A DNA stretch of 64,000 nt from Candidatus Margulisiibacteriota bacterium (GCA_050250935.1 JBFWNS010000004.1:1-64000); one strand, 5' to 3'; positions 9,048 through 19,943 are shown, numbered from the stretch's first letter. Program-made: numbers and translations. Notes: generated by a model not told the origin, from the letters alone.

Positions 9048-11018
9048 ATGCCCATGAAGCACCTGGCAACCGTTGCTGTTTTTCGGGGCGTTCCCATCCC
9101 CTACACCTATGAAATCCCAGAAAATTGGGTGGCTAGCGTTCAGGTTGGGCATCAGGTTCAGATTCCCTTTGGCAAAAGCCACGCAGAAGGCCTGGTTTTA
9201 AATATCGAAACCGCTGCAACTGTCTCTGAAAAAACCAAGTCCCTTTTGGGGTATTTCGAGGACAGGCCCAAACTTGAAGACGATTTGGTCGCCCTACTGA
9301 TTTGGTTTTCCCAACACTATGCCACCACCCCCTTCAAAAGTTTTCAAACCATCGCAGGGAATCGAAAGCAGCGGGCCATTCCCGACACCCCGCCTTTTGT
9401 CCCCATGCCATCGCCCCACACCCTCACCGACGAACAATCCTGTGTGGTGGACACCATCAGCCAATCCCAAGGCTTCGACACCCACCTGATCTTTGGGGTA
9501 ACCGGCAGCGGCAAAACCGAAATCTACATGAACCTGGCCCAAAAAACCCTAGAAAAAGGCCAAAAAGTCATTATTTTACTGCCAGAAATCGCCTTAACCC
9601 CCCAATTTACCCGAGTTTTTGAAGAACGGTTTGGAACCTGCATTTCCGTCATCCATTCCGGGCTAACCCCCAAAAAGCGGGACGAGGCCTGGAGCCGCAT
9701 TGTGGAAGGCAAAACCGACATTGTGTTGGGCCCCAGATCGGCTGTTTTTTCGCCGCTCTCTCAGTTGGGACTGGTCATTATCGATGAAGAACACGAAAAC
9801 ACCTATAAACAAGATTCCCACCCCCGATACTACACCCACCGTGTGGCCGAATTTCGGTGTCAGTATCTGAACATTCCCTTGGTTTTGGGCTCGGCAACCC
9901 CCAGCATCGAAAGTTATTTTACCGCCAACCAACACCAACACATTCACCGTCTATCGGCCCGAGTCCTGAACCGGCCCATGCCTGCCATCACCGTACTGCC
10001 GGTTCAGGACATGAGCAGCGAAGACCAACAAACAGCCCTCACCAAACCCCTGCGAGACGCGGTTTCGGCCACCCTGGCCAAGGGCGAAAAGACCCTGATT
10101 TTGGTCAACCGCCGCGGCTATGCCCCCTACATTGCCTGCCAAAAATGTGGCACCGTACATGCTTGTCCCCACTGTGGACTCAGTTTTACCTATCACAAAG
10201 ACCGTCAGTTTCGCTGTCACCGTTGCGCCATTTCAGAACCCTTGCATCACACCTGCAGCAAATGCAAAAAACCAGCGCTAAGTTTTGGCGGCACCGGCAT
10301 TCAAAAGGTCGAAGCAGAACTTCACAAATTTTTTCCCGACAAAACCATTTACCGATTGGACAAAGACACGGCCAAACACGTCAAAGATGTGGACCGCATC
10401 CTAACCCAATTCAAAACCGACGGGGACATCCTGGTCGGCACCCAGCTGATCGCCAAAGGGCACGACATTCCCGAAGTCACGATGGTAGGGATTGTGGGCA
10501 TCGACACCACCCTGAACATCCCTGATTTTCGCTCGGCCGAACGGACTTTTCAGCTGATCACCCAGGTGGCAGGCCGAGCCGGACGCGGCGAAAAACCGGG
10601 GCAAGTGGTGCTTCAAACCGCCCAAGCCGATCATTATGCCATTCGCCACGCCGCCACCCACGATTTTATGGGCTTTTACACCGAAGAACTCGCCTACCGC
10701 GAGGCCCTCTGGTACCCGCCTTTTTGCGAGCTGGTCCACCTGATTATCTCTTCCAAAAGCGCCGAACAAGCCAAGACGTTTGCCCTGGCCGTGGGAACCC
10801 AAGTTGCCGAAGCCCTTGCCAAAACCCAGCTCAAACACCAGTGCATTGGCCCAGTCCCCTCGCCCATCGAGCGCGTTCAAAACCATTTTCGCTGGTCGAT
10901 TTTGATTAAATACGAACGCGAAAACGAGGCTATTCTTCGCAGCTTGTTGGCCGATTTACCCATGCCCAAACCCAGCATTCGGTTTTTTATTGATTTTGAA
11001 CCAAAAAGTTTGCTGTAA
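9048..11018 (+). CDS. priA: Primosomal protein N'
   Basis: [14 protein letters not shown], four CxxC pairs, QVAGRAGR; start uncertain (9024-9054). Confidence 0.96.
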   Translation: MPMKHLATVAVFRGVPIPYTYEIPENWVASVQVGHQVQIPFGKSHAEGLVLNIETAATVSEKTKSLLGYFEDRPKLEDDLVALLIWFSQHYATTPFKSFQTIAGNRKQRAIPDTPPFVPMPSPHTLTDEQSCVVDTISQSQGFDTHLIFGVTGSGKTEIYMNLAQKTLEKGQKVIILLPEIALTPQFTRVFEERFGTCISVIHSGLTPKKRDEAWSRIVEGKTDIVLGPRSAVFSPLSQLGLVIIDEEHENTYKQDSHPRYYTHRVAEFRCQYLNIPLVLGSATPSIESYFTANQHQHIHRLSARVLNRPMPAITVLPVQDMSSEDQQTALTKPLRDAVSATLAKGEKTLILVNRRGYAPYIACQKCGTVHACPHCGLSFTYHKDRQFRCHRCAISEPLHHTCSKCKKPALSFGGTGIQKVEAELHKFFPDKTIYRLDKDTAKHVKDVDRILTQFKTDGDILVGTQLIAKGHDIPEVTMVGIVGIDTTLNIPDFRSAERTFQLITQVAGRAGRGEKPGQVVLQTAQADHYAIRHAATHDFMGFYTEELAYREALWYPPFCELVHLIISSKSAEQAKTFALAVGTQVAEALAKTQLKHQCIGPVPSPIERVQNHFRWSILIKYERENEAILRSLLADLPMPKPSIRFFIDFEPKSLL

Positions 11019-11085
11019 CACAAAAACACCAGAATCAACTTCAGCATCTTGGTATTATTTGAATTCAAATCTATACTAAAGCATC

Positions 11086-12594
11086 ATGAAATCATCACAC
11101 CTTCTCATCCCGACCTTAAAAGAAACCCCAAAAGACGCCGAAGTCATTAGCCATCAGTTGATGCTTCGGGCCGGCTTTATTCGCAAAGTTGCCTCGGGCA
11201 TCTACACCTATTTGCCCCTGGGCCTCAAGGTGATCCGAAAATTTGAAGCCATTGTGAGAGAAGAAATGAACCGCGCCGGCGCTCAAGAGGTCTTGATGCC
11301 CATGGTTATTCCCTCCGAGTTATGGAAAACCACCAAACGCTGGGACAAATATGGCAAAGAACTACTTCGGTTTGAAGACCGACACGGCAAACCGTTTTGT
11401 TTGGGGCCTACCCACGAAGAAGTCATCACCGATTTGGTCAGCCAAACCGTTAAATCCTACAAACAGCTGCCCATTAACCTGTACCAAATCCAAACCAAAT
11501 TCCGCGACGAAATCCGCCCCAGATTCGGGCTGATGCGTGGCCGAGAATTTATCATGAAAGATTCTTACAGCTTTCACACATCCTGGGACAGTTTAGACAA
11601 AACCTACGACGACATGCGCACAGCCTACGAGGCCATTTTTTCGCGCTGTGGTCTGCGGTTTAAGCGGGTTGCTGCCGATGCCGGGGCCATTGGGGGCGAT
11701 GTGTCTTCTGAATTTATGGTCACCGCCTCGACAGGTGAAGACGCCATTATCGAATGCACCCACTGTAGCTTTGCAGCCAACGTAGAAGCCGCCCCCACCC
11801 TGGCCAATCCCAGCGCAAAACCCGCCCAAAAACACCTGTATTTGGCCAATGGAAAACCTGTTGCTGTGGTGCTTGGGGCAGGCCACGAGCCCAACGAGAT
11901 TAAAATCAAGAAGGCTTTGGATGCCCAAACCTTGTACACGATGTCCCAAGGGGAAGCCAGTAAGCACGATATCGACACCCTGCCCACCTATATCGACCAC
12001 AGTGTTGAAGGCGGAACCGTCGATTTACGCAATGCCGTCGAAGGCGACACCTGCCCCCATTGCAATACCGGCACCTACGCCATTTGTCGGGGCATTGAAG
12101 TGGGTCACATTTTTAAACTGGGCAAACTCTATTCCGAAGCCCTGTCGGCCGTCTATCTGGACGAATCAGGCCAAAACGTACCCATGATTATGGGCTGCTA
12201 TGGCATCGGCATTGGTCGAACCGTGGCAGCGGCCATCGAACAAAACAACGACGCAGCTGGCATTATTTGGCCCATGGCCTTGGCACCGTTTCAAGTGGTG
12301 GTTATTCTGACCAACACCCAAGACGAGGACCTTAAAGCCGAAGCAGACACCCTTTATGCCGCCCTCCAAAACGCCGGCATCGACGTTCTTTATGACGACC
12401 GAAACGAATCCGCTGGCATCAAATTCAAAGATGCAGACCTCATCGGAATCCCTTTGCACGTGGTGGTCGGCAAAGCTTTCAAAGAAAGCCAAGCCTTCGA
12501 AATCAAACACCGAAAAACAGGGGAACGCAAAACCATTCCAGCCGCATCAGCCCTGGCCTTGCTGCAAGACGAGATTCAAAACCATGACCGTTAG
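11086..12594 (+). CDS. proS: Proline--tRNA ligase with shortened insertion domain
   Basis: LGPTHEE, FRDEIRPRFGLMRGREF, MGCYGIG. Confidence 0.97.
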   Translation: MKSSHLLIPTLKETPKDAEVISHQLMLRAGFIRKVASGIYTYLPLGLKVIRKFEAIVREEMNRAGAQEVLMPMVIPSELWKTTKRWDKYGKELLRFEDRHGKPFCLGPTHEEVITDLVSQTVKSYKQLPINLYQIQTKFRDEIRPRFGLMRGREFIMKDSYSFHTSWDSLDKTYDDMRTAYEAIFSRCGLRFKRVAADAGAIGGDVSSEFMVTASTGEDAIIECTHCSFAANVEAAPTLANPSAKPAQKHLYLANGKPVAVVLGAGHEPNEIKIKKALDAQTLYTMSQGEASKHDIDTLPTYIDHSVEGGTVDLRNAVEGDTCPHCNTGTYAICRGIEVGHIFKLGKLYSEALSAVYLDESGQNVPMIMGCYGIGIGRTVAAAIEQNNDAAGIIWPMALAPFQVVVILTNTQDEDLKAEADTLYAALQNAGIDVLYDDRNESAGIKFKDADLIGIPLHVVVGKAFKESQAFEIKHRKTGERKTIPAASALALLQDEIQNHDR

Positions 12595-13249
12595 CCTGAT
12601 TCCCGCTGTGGTTTTGGCCGCCATGATCCTCTTTTCGGGGCACCAAAACGCCACCCCAAACACCACGGTTTCCCCCGTCGTTCAAGAAGCCACCATCAAC
12701 CTCATGGAAGCCTCTCCCGAACTGGCTGTGAATGTGGAATTTGAACAACCCACCAGCAACTCCGATCTGGACTATAGAACCATCCATGCCTTTATTTTGA
12801 AGCAAAACAAAACCATCGACCCTGCCGACGCCGCAGAAATTTCAAAAAGCCTGGTCGATTCCGCACAAGAACAACAAATCGATCCCAAATTTGTGGCCGC
12901 AGTCATTGCCCGCGAATCCAGTTTTAACAAAAATGCCATCAGCTCCACCGGGGCAAAGGGATTGGGTCAAATCAAAGACTTCAATTTCGCAGACCTTAAA
13001 ATTTCAGACCCGTTTAACATCAAAGAAAACGTCTATGGCACAGCCACCTACCTTAAAAAACAACTCACAAACTGGAAAACAACCTCGACGAAAACGCCCT
13101 TGGCCTTGGCCTCATATTTCAAAGGGTATGGGGCGGTTAAGCGGGCTGGGGGTTGGGTAGACACCAAAACCAACGGCTACGTCACCGACATCGTCAACAC
13201 CTATAAACACATTCTCTCGATGCAAAAAGAATTGGCAGCAACACCATGA
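12584..13249 (+). CDS. Lytic transglycosylase (SLT domain) with N-terminal anchor
   Basis: IARESSF, SSTGAKGLGQI, ALASYFKG. Confidence 0.88.
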   Translation: MTVSLIPAVVLAAMILFSGHQNATPNTTVSPVVQEATINLMEASPELAVNVEFEQPTSNSDLDYRTIHAFILKQNKTIDPADAAEISKSLVDSAQEQQIDPKFVAAVIARESSFNKNAISSTGAKGLGQIKDFNFADLKISDPFNIKENVYGTATYLKKQLTNWKTTSTKTPLALASYFKGYGAVKRAGGWVDTKTNGYVTDIVNTYKHILSMQKELAATP

Positions 13250-14274
13250 ACTCTCTCTATTTGAACGCCGCAAACAACCAAGAAACCCAACGTCCCCCCA
13301 TTTGGCTGATGCGCCAAGCCGGACGTTACATGCCAGAATACCGGGCCATTCGGTCCAAACATTCCTTTATGAGCATGATTCACAACCCCACCTTGGCAGC
13401 CGAGATCACCCTACAGCCCATCCAGGCCTTTGGGATGGACGCCGCCATTTTGTTTTCGGACATCCTAACCACAGCCGAGGCCCTGGGCGGCCACTTGGAA
13501 TTTCATGAAGGTCGGGGCCCCCTGTTTAAAAACCCCATCCGAACCGCCGCCGATCTTAGCCAACTCAATGCCCAAACCGGCAAAAAGAAATTGTCTTATG
13601 TCTATGAAGCCGCAGCCTTAACCAAACAAAAACTAACCGACTTTGGGGTTCCTTTAATTGGGTTTTGTGGCGCTCCCTTCACGATTGCTGCCTATTTGGT
13701 AGAAGGCCAATCATCACCCGATCTTAAAACCCTTAAAAAACTCATGTTTACCGAACCCGAGGTGGTGCATCACCTGCTGGATCTCATCACCGATATCACC
13801 ATCGACTATGCCAACGGCCAATTGGCAGCCGGGGTTGATGCTTTTCAGATTTTCGATACCTGGGCCTTGCATCTCAGCTGGGACGATTTTAAAACCTTTT
13901 CGCTGCCCTATATTCAAAAAATCATTGCCGGGCTCAAAAACCCCGGTGCAGCCCCTGTCACGGTGTTTGCTCGGGGCAGTTCAGGGTTGGCCCCCTTGTT
14001 GGCAACCTCTGGCGCCAACGTTCTTAGTTTGGATTGGCAAAGCAATCTGCCAGAAATCAAAAAAGCCTATCCGCATTTGGCCGTTCAAGGCAATCTGGAC
14101 CCGCATATTTTGTATGGCTCCAAGGCAATGATCGAACAAAAGGTGGGCCTGTTATTGGCGGCCATGAAGCCCTACAAAGGGTTTATTTTTAATTTGGGCC
14201 ACGGCATTATGCCTGATATGGATCCGGAAACCATTCGCTTCTTGGTTAAGCTTGTTCAATCCCATGGCGCTTAA
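13246..14274 (+). CDS. hemE: Uroporphyrinogen decarboxylase
   Basis: WLMRQAGRYMPEY, FSDIL, NLGHGI. Confidence 0.97.
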   Translation: MNSLYLNAANNQETQRPPIWLMRQAGRYMPEYRAIRSKHSFMSMIHNPTLAAEITLQPIQAFGMDAAILFSDILTTAEALGGHLEFHEGRGPLFKNPIRTAADLSQLNAQTGKKKLSYVYEAAALTKQKLTDFGVPLIGFCGAPFTIAAYLVEGQSSPDLKTLKKLMFTEPEVVHHLLDLITDITIDYANGQLAAGVDAFQIFDTWALHLSWDDFKTFSLPYIQKIIAGLKNPGAAPVTVFARGSSGLAPLLATSGANVLSLDWQSNLPEIKKAYPHLAVQGNLDPHILYGSKAMIEQKVGLLLAAMKPYKGFIFNLGHGIMPDMDPETIRFLVKLVQSHGA

Positions 14275-15640
14275 CCTGACCAAAGACCTCATTTCCCGAT
14301 TCAACGTCACAGGGCCCCGCTACACCAGCTATCCCACAGCCCCCGAGTGGCAAGACGATTTTCCCGTGTCCCAATACGAAACCGCGTTGGCCCAATTCAA
14401 CAGCGGCAGCAAAACCCTCTCGTTGTATGTGCATATCCCCTTTTGCCCCACCATGTGTTACTACTGCGGCTGCAACGTGGTGATTCGCAAACCCAAACAA
14501 GCAGTAGGTGATGATTATATTGCCTATCTCGCCAAAGAATTGGAACTGATTACCTATTCGTTGAATCGCCGGCCTTTGGTGAAGCAACTTCATCTGGGCG
14601 GCGGCACCCCGAACTCGCTGTCCCCCACCCAACTGGCTCGGCTGATGCAGGTGATTCAAACCGCCGTAGAATTGGATTTTAGCGGCGAAATCGCCATTGA
14701 AGTGGACCCCAGAACCGTCACCCACGACCATATTGTGATGCTCAAAAAGCTGGGCTTCAACCGCATCTCGATGGGCATTCAAGATTTTGATACCACCGTC
14801 CAAAAAGCCATCAACCGCGAACAACCCTTCGAACAGGTTGCCCAGCTGATGGATTGGATTCGCGATGCGGGTTTTACCTCGGTCAACATGGACCTGATCT
14901 ATGGCCTCCCCCACCAAACCCCAGAAACCGTGGCCAACACCATTCGCCAAGTGCTTGAACTGTCGCCAGAACGCATCGCCCTCTACAGCTATGCCCACGT
15001 TCCCTGGCTCAAATCCCACCAAAACCTGATCGCCGAAACCAGTTTGCCGGATGCCGAAACCAAACTCGACTTGTTTTTAACGGCCCAAACCCTGTTTACC
15101 CAAAACGGCTACCAAGCCATCGGCATGGACCATTTTGCCAAGGCCAGCGACGAGATGGCGATTGCCTATCAAGAAAACCGCCTCTACCGCAATTTTATGG
15201 GCTATACGGTTAAACCCGCCGACGAATACATTGGCATTGGCGTCACCTCGATCGGGTTTTTGGAAAACACCTTTATTCAAAACACCCGCGATTTAACCAC
15301 CTATTACGCCACCCTAGACCAAGGCCAGCTTCCCATTTCCCGAGGGCTAGCCCTTAGCCCCGACGACCAGCAGCGCCAATGGGTGATTGCCCAACTGATG
15401 TGCCATTTTCGTCTGATCAAAGCCGAGTTTAACACCCGCTTCGCCGCGGATTTCGACACCCTGTTTGCCACCGAACAAGCCCATTTGGCCACCTGCGAAC
15501 AAGACGGCCTTTTAACTCAAACCCCCGAAGGCATCCACATCACCGATCTGGGTAAATTGTTTATCCGGAATGTGTGCATGGGCTTCGATGCCTACTTCCA
15601 AGCCGCCCAAACCAAGCGGCGGTTTTCGAAGACGGTTTAA
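14264..15640 (+). CDS. hemN: Oxygen-independent coproporphyrinogen III oxidase
   Basis: GPRYTSYP, CPTMCYYCGC radical SAM motif, RNFMGY, RFSKTV end. Confidence 0.96.
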   Translation: MALNLTKDLISRFNVTGPRYTSYPTAPEWQDDFPVSQYETALAQFNSGSKTLSLYVHIPFCPTMCYYCGCNVVIRKPKQAVGDDYIAYLAKELELITYSLNRRPLVKQLHLGGGTPNSLSPTQLARLMQVIQTAVELDFSGEIAIEVDPRTVTHDHIVMLKKLGFNRISMGIQDFDTTVQKAINREQPFEQVAQLMDWIRDAGFTSVNMDLIYGLPHQTPETVANTIRQVLELSPERIALYSYAHVPWLKSHQNLIAETSLPDAETKLDLFLTAQTLFTQNGYQAIGMDHFAKASDEMAIAYQENRLYRNFMGYTVKPADEYIGIGVTSIGFLENTFIQNTRDLTTYYATLDQGQLPISRGLALSPDDQQRQWVIAQLMCHFRLIKAEFNTRFAADFDTLFATEQAHLATCEQDGLLTQTPEGIHITDLGKLFIRNVCMGFDAYFQAAQTKRRFSKTV

Positions 15641-16872
15641 ACTTCCTTGGCATTTAAGCGCTTAAAGGCAGCTGGATTTTGCTTAACTTGCTGTTCAAAC
15701 CAGTCCATAAGGCGTTGCATATAGCGGATATTGCCCTCAGGTAAAGGGGGCCTCGCAAAACAATCGGGTGTCGCCGCCTTCAAACAAGCTTGATCTTGTC
15801 TTGAAAAGCGTGCAAATGTATCCCGATGAATTGCAGGCATACATTGAATATCATTTCGATTGACACCAACACCCAAACGCAACCCAAGACGAACCATATT
15901 ACACCACCACACTTGCTCTTCTTTAATAAAACTTCCTGGTCTATAGGCCCTCCTATACCCCGTATATACGTGTCGAGAGCGTGCATCGATACCAGACAAA
16001 AACCCTAAAAATTTTTCACAGTTTTTTTCCAAATCAAAATAAGTAACCGTATCAAAACAAATTGATTCAACATAAGCTTGTTCTTTTTTCGAAAGAGACT
16101 GGAATTCTTTTGAAGACAAATAGCGACGCCATGCGTCAGTTGCAACCTCAACATTAATCAAAGAAATACCTCGCCCCATCTGATCATCGATCTGTTGCCC
16201 ATCAACCACTTGCAAAACCACGCCCAAGGACCCAAAAAAATCTTTGGCAAGTTGAACATCATCAGACCGTAGCTGAGAAAGAGGTTGAGCATCATAGGTT
16301 GAACTTAAATTCGGTCTTGCTGCACCTCTTAACCCCATAAGTACACTTAACGAACTAGACCGTTGGACCAAGTCTCTCAAAAAGGGAGGGAAACGAGTTG
16401 CCGGATTTGCCAATACCGAAATCAACTTTTGGGTATTTTGTTCCATGCGTCCAAAATGGGCATTCAGAGCAAGAACATCCGGATGTTCCGATTCTAGCTC
16501 CAAAAAAGCAACAGCCTCTTCAAAACGACAGCCCGGAAACATGGCCCAAAAATGTGCTCTCACGTCTTTTAGAGTTGGAACTTCAGGCATCAAAACAGGC
16601 TCAGAACCAATGCCTTGGCTGGCTTGGTCCGCTTTAATTCTAGCCACCATTTTCTGATGTGCTTCCTTTTGGCGCTTTTCCTGAAGGTAGGAACCCACAC
16701 CAGGTATTCGCTCTAAAAAAGTCCTGGTTGACGGTAAAGTGTGCATCGGCCCCATCACCGGAAGACCAACAGGACTAGACGTGCTGCTATTTGCCTGCGG
16801 TAACCTAGGTTGATAAGTATACCAAGAAACCGGAGACCCCCTGAATGCTACAGTTACATTACCAACAGACAT
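15637..16872 (-). CDS. Orphan protein with Ser/Pro-rich N-terminus
   Basis: Long ORF; AAGGA upstream of ATG 16872 (MSVGNV...); no recognised domain. Confidence 0.7.
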   Translation of the reverse strand: MSVGNVTVAFRGSPVSWYTYQPRLPQANSSTSSPVGLPVMGPMHTLPSTRTFLERIPGVGSYLQEKRQKEAHQKMVARIKADQASQGIGSEPVLMPEVPTLKDVRAHFWAMFPGCRFEEAVAFLELESEHPDVLALNAHFGRMEQNTQKLISVLANPATRFPPFLRDLVQRSSSLSVLMGLRGAARPNLSSTYDAQPLSQLRSDDVQLAKDFFGSLGVVLQVVDGQQIDDQMGRGISLINVEVATDAWRRYLSSKEFQSLSKKEQAYVESICFDTVTYFDLEKNCEKFLGFLSGIDARSRHVYTGYRRAYRPGSFIKEEQVWWCNMVRLGLRLGVGVNRNDIQCMPAIHRDTFARFSRQDQACLKAATPDCFARPPLPEGNIRYMQRLMDWFEQQVKQNPAAFKRLNAKEV

Positions 16873-16907
16873 TTCAAAAAATCCTTCACTAAAAATCTCT
16901 ACTGAAA

Positions 16908-16935
16908 TTGTCGAATACATCTCAAAATAATTGCA
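16908..16935 (-). promoter_or_regulatory. Sigma28-like promoter motif
   Basis: TGCAA-N15-TTCGACAA. Confidence 0.45.
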
Positions 16936-16959
16936 GCCTATTATTTATTATATTTAATA

Positions 16960-16992
16960 AAAACGAAACAGGAGACCCGAAGGCCTCCTGTT
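16960..16992 (-). terminator. Intrinsic terminator after the ferredoxin gene
   Basis: AACAGGAGGCC-TTCG-GGTCTCCTGTT followed by T-rich tail. Confidence 0.75.
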
Positions 16993-17025
16993 GTGTCGTC
17001 TATAAACGCAAAACCAACGCTTAAA

Positions 17026-17280
17026 CTAGTAAGTCAGTTTAACGGTTCCACCAGAAATGGTGCATTGGCAACCCAAGCGTTTTGCGCCTTCCATGCCCAA
17101 GTCTTTTTCTTCGTCGGTCAATTCAGACAAGTGTTCCATACCTTCAGTTACTTCAACTTCGCAAGTGCCGCAAACACCGTTGCTGCAACCAATGGGAACG
17201 CCAGCTTCTTCGATGGCGTCTACAATTTTATCCCCATCTGCTACTTCAACTTCTTGATCGTTAATATACAAAAGCGCCAT
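17026..17280 (-). CDS. 2Fe-2S ferredoxin
   Basis: CSNGVCGTC...RLGC; acidic, 84 aa. Confidence 0.92.
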   Translation of the reverse strand: MALLYINDQEVEVADGDKIVDAIEEAGVPIGCSNGVCGTCEVEVTEGMEHLSELTDEEKDLGMEGAKRLGCQCTISGGTVKLTY

Positions 17281-17379
17281 TTTAAAAGCCTCCTAAGGTT
17301 TTAAGTGTTACATGGTTTTCAAAAGCCTAGGCAGTATAGCAATTCACTGCCTCGCACTCAAGCAGAAAAAGCCGAAAGC

Positions 17380-18807
17380 CTAGGCAGTGGTAAACCCTTT
17401 TTGCCCATCAAACAGATACAGATTTTCGACTTTGATAAACTCCAAACCCGCTTCTTGTAGGGCGTTCAGCTGCCCAACAAGATGAGCCTGGGTGACCCCT
17501 TGGGCCGTAAACATACAACGCCAATGGTCCGAACAAGTCGATTCTGGCATGGCTTCGGGCCACACTTTAAGCCCTAAGCTGGAAATCATCTCCAGCTTAA
17601 AGGGCGTTTGAAGGGTCGCCAAAACCAACTCCGCCAATTTTTGGGGATCCGTGCCGGTCCAGTTCAAAAACACGTCCATACCCACCAATTCCCGAACAGC
17701 GGGCTTGGAAACGGCAGCGGGCTTTAAGTTCATGGTGTGCTGGGTTTGATAGCTGACAGCCTTGAGTTTTTGAGGCGTTTGACCCACCCTCTCCACAACG
17801 GCTTGGGCAAATTCTTGGGTCCCCACTTTTTGCTTGCTGGTGCCTTCTTTAAAAATGTCGTAGGTATGAATGCCATCTTCCAGGGTTTTAAGCCAGGCAT
17901 TATGCACCTTTTCAGCCACATCGGACTGACCAATGTGCACCAACATCTGAATGGCACCCAACAACAACCCAGAGGGATTGGCCACATTTTGCCCAGCGCG
18001 TCGGGGCGCAGAGCCATGAATCGCTTCGAACATGGCACAAGACGTGCCAATGTTGGCCGAGCCAGCCAATCCCACAGACCCTGCAATTTGGGCTGCCACA
18101 TCCGACAAAATGTCCCCGTAGAGGTTTTCCATCACAATCACATCAAAGGCTTCGGGGGTATCGGCCAATTTGGCAGCGCCAATGTCGACGATCCAGGACT
18201 CTTTTTCGATATCGGGGTATTCTTCGCCAATTTCGTCAAAGACTTTGTGGAAAAGCCCATCCGTCATTTTCATGATGTTGTCTTTGACAAAGCAAGTGAC
18301 CTTTTTACGGCCATATTGTCGGGCATATTCGAAGGCATAACGAACAATGCGTTCGGAGCCACTGCGGCTGATCAGTTTCAAGCACTGCACCACATCTTGG
18401 GTTTGGCGATGTTCAATGCCCGCATACAAATCTTCTTGATTTTCCCGCACAATCACCACATCCATCACAGGGTGTTTGGTGTGAACATAGGGAAAATACG
18501 ACACACAAGGCCGAACATTGGCATAAAGCCCCAAGGCTTTTCGGGTGGCCACGTTCAAACTTTTATACCCACCACCCTGAGGGGTTGTAATCGGGGCTTT
18601 CAAAAAAACCCGAGTTCGCCGAAGCGATTCCCAACTCGACGGATCAATCCCAGCCGCATTACCAGCCAAATAAACTTTTTCACCGATTTCAATTTCTTCA
18701 ATATCCAAACGAGCACCAGCAGCCTTCAAAATGGTCAAGGTTGCTTCCATAATTTCAGGGCCAATACCGTCGCCGCGAGCAACCGTAATGGGAACATTTT
18801 TACTCAT
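17380..18807 (-). CDS. icd: Isocitrate dehydrogenase
   Basis: GDGIGPE, KAPITTP, KDNIMK, NLYGDILSD, HGSAP; start at MSKNVP. Confidence 0.95.
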   Translation of the reverse strand: MSKNVPITVARGDGIGPEIMEATLTILKAAGARLDIEEIEIGEKVYLAGNAAGIDPSSWESLRRTRVFLKAPITTPQGGGYKSLNVATRKALGLYANVRPCVSYFPYVHTKHPVMDVVIVRENQEDLYAGIEHRQTQDVVQCLKLISRSGSERIVRYAFEYARQYGRKKVTCFVKDNIMKMTDGLFHKVFDEIGEEYPDIEKESWIVDIGAAKLADTPEAFDVIVMENLYGDILSDVAAQIAGSVGLAGSANIGTSCAMFEAIHGSAPRRAGQNVANPSGLLLGAIQMLVHIGQSDVAEKVHNAWLKTLEDGIHTYDIFKEGTSKQKVGTQEFAQAVVERVGQTPQKLKAVSYQTQHTMNLKPAAVSKPAVRELVGMDVFLNWTGTDPQKLAELVLATLQTPFKLEMISSLGLKVWPEAMPESTCSDHWRCMFTAQGVTQAHLVGQLNALQEAGLEFIKVENLYLFDGQKGFTTA

Positions 18808-18832
18808 AAACAAACTCCTTTCACATCCATCA

Positions 18833-19918
18833 TTAACCGTTCTTTTGTTCAAACTCCTGCATAAATTGAACCAAGGCCTTAACCCCTTCAAGCGAGGTGG
18901 CATTGTAAATCGAAGCCCTAAATCCACCCACAGAGCGGTGACCTTTAAGCTCTTTTAATCCAGCCGCAGAGGCTTCTTTTAAAAATTGTTCGTCCAATTC
19001 GGGTTTGTGAGACCGGAACACCACGTTCATCTTAGACCGAAATGCCTGTTCATTGGGGCAGTAGAAGAGTTTGCTGGCATCAATGGCGTTGTACAAGGTG
19101 GTGGCCTTTTCTTCGTTGCGGTTTTCGATACCCCGCAAACCACCCAAGCTTTCAATCCAATCCAATACCAACCCGATCATGTAGATCCCAAAGGTGGGCG
19201 GGGTGTTGTACAACGATTTGTTTTTGGCATGGGTTCGGAATTGCAACATCGTGGGCAAGCTTTTATCGGCCCGCTCTATCAGGTCTTTGCGGATGATGAC
19301 CAGGGTTACGCCGGAAGGGCCAATGTTTTTTTGCGCACCGGCAAAAATCACGCCAAATTTGGACACATCAATGGGACGGGACAAAATGTCCGAAGACATG
19401 TCCGCCACCAAAGGAACATCCCCTGTGTCTGGAAAACTGGCCCACTGGGTCCCAAAAATGGTGTTGTTCGAGCACACATGCACATAAGAGGCATTGGGGT
19501 TCAAATCGGCTTTGCCAAGACTGGGGATATAGTTAAAGTTCTTATCTTCGCTTGAAGAAACCACATTATAGGTGGCCACTTTATCCAATTCTTCAATGGC
19601 TTTTTGGGTCCAAGAGCCGGTGTTTACAATATCCACTGGCTTGCCTTCCAAATACAAATTCATGGGAATCATGGCAAATTGCAAACTGGCCCCACCTTGC
19701 AAAAACAACACCTCATGGGTGTCTGGGATTCCCATGATTTGGCGCAATTTAGACTCGGCATGGGCAATGACGGCTTCAAAAGCCTTAGACCGATGGCTCA
19801 GCTCCATCACAGACATCCCACTGCCGTTGAAATTCATCATTTCATCCCGGGCTTTTTCCAACACTTCAACGGGCAACGCGGCCGGACCTGCACCAAAATT
19901 AAAAACACGGTTATACAT
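18833..19918 (-). CDS. serC: Phosphoserine aminotransferase
   Basis: NFGAGPA, SHRS, AGAQKNIGP, GHRSVGG. Confidence 0.97.
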   Translation of the reverse strand: MYNRVFNFGAGPAALPVEVLEKARDEMMNFNGSGMSVMELSHRSKAFEAVIAHAESKLRQIMGIPDTHEVLFLQGGASLQFAMIPMNLYLEGKPVDIVNTGSWTQKAIEELDKVATYNVVSSSEDKNFNYIPSLGKADLNPNASYVHVCSNNTIFGTQWASFPDTGDVPLVADMSSDILSRPIDVSKFGVIFAGAQKNIGPSGVTLVIIRKDLIERADKSLPTMLQFRTHAKNKSLYNTPPTFGIYMIGLVLDWIESLGGLRGIENRNEEKATTLYNAIDASKLFYCPNEQAFRSKMNVVFRSHKPELDEQFLKEASAAGLKELKGHRSVGGFRASIYNATSLEGVKALVQFMQEFEQKNG

Positions 19919-19943
19919 AAAAAAGGCTCCTCAAAAAAATTTT

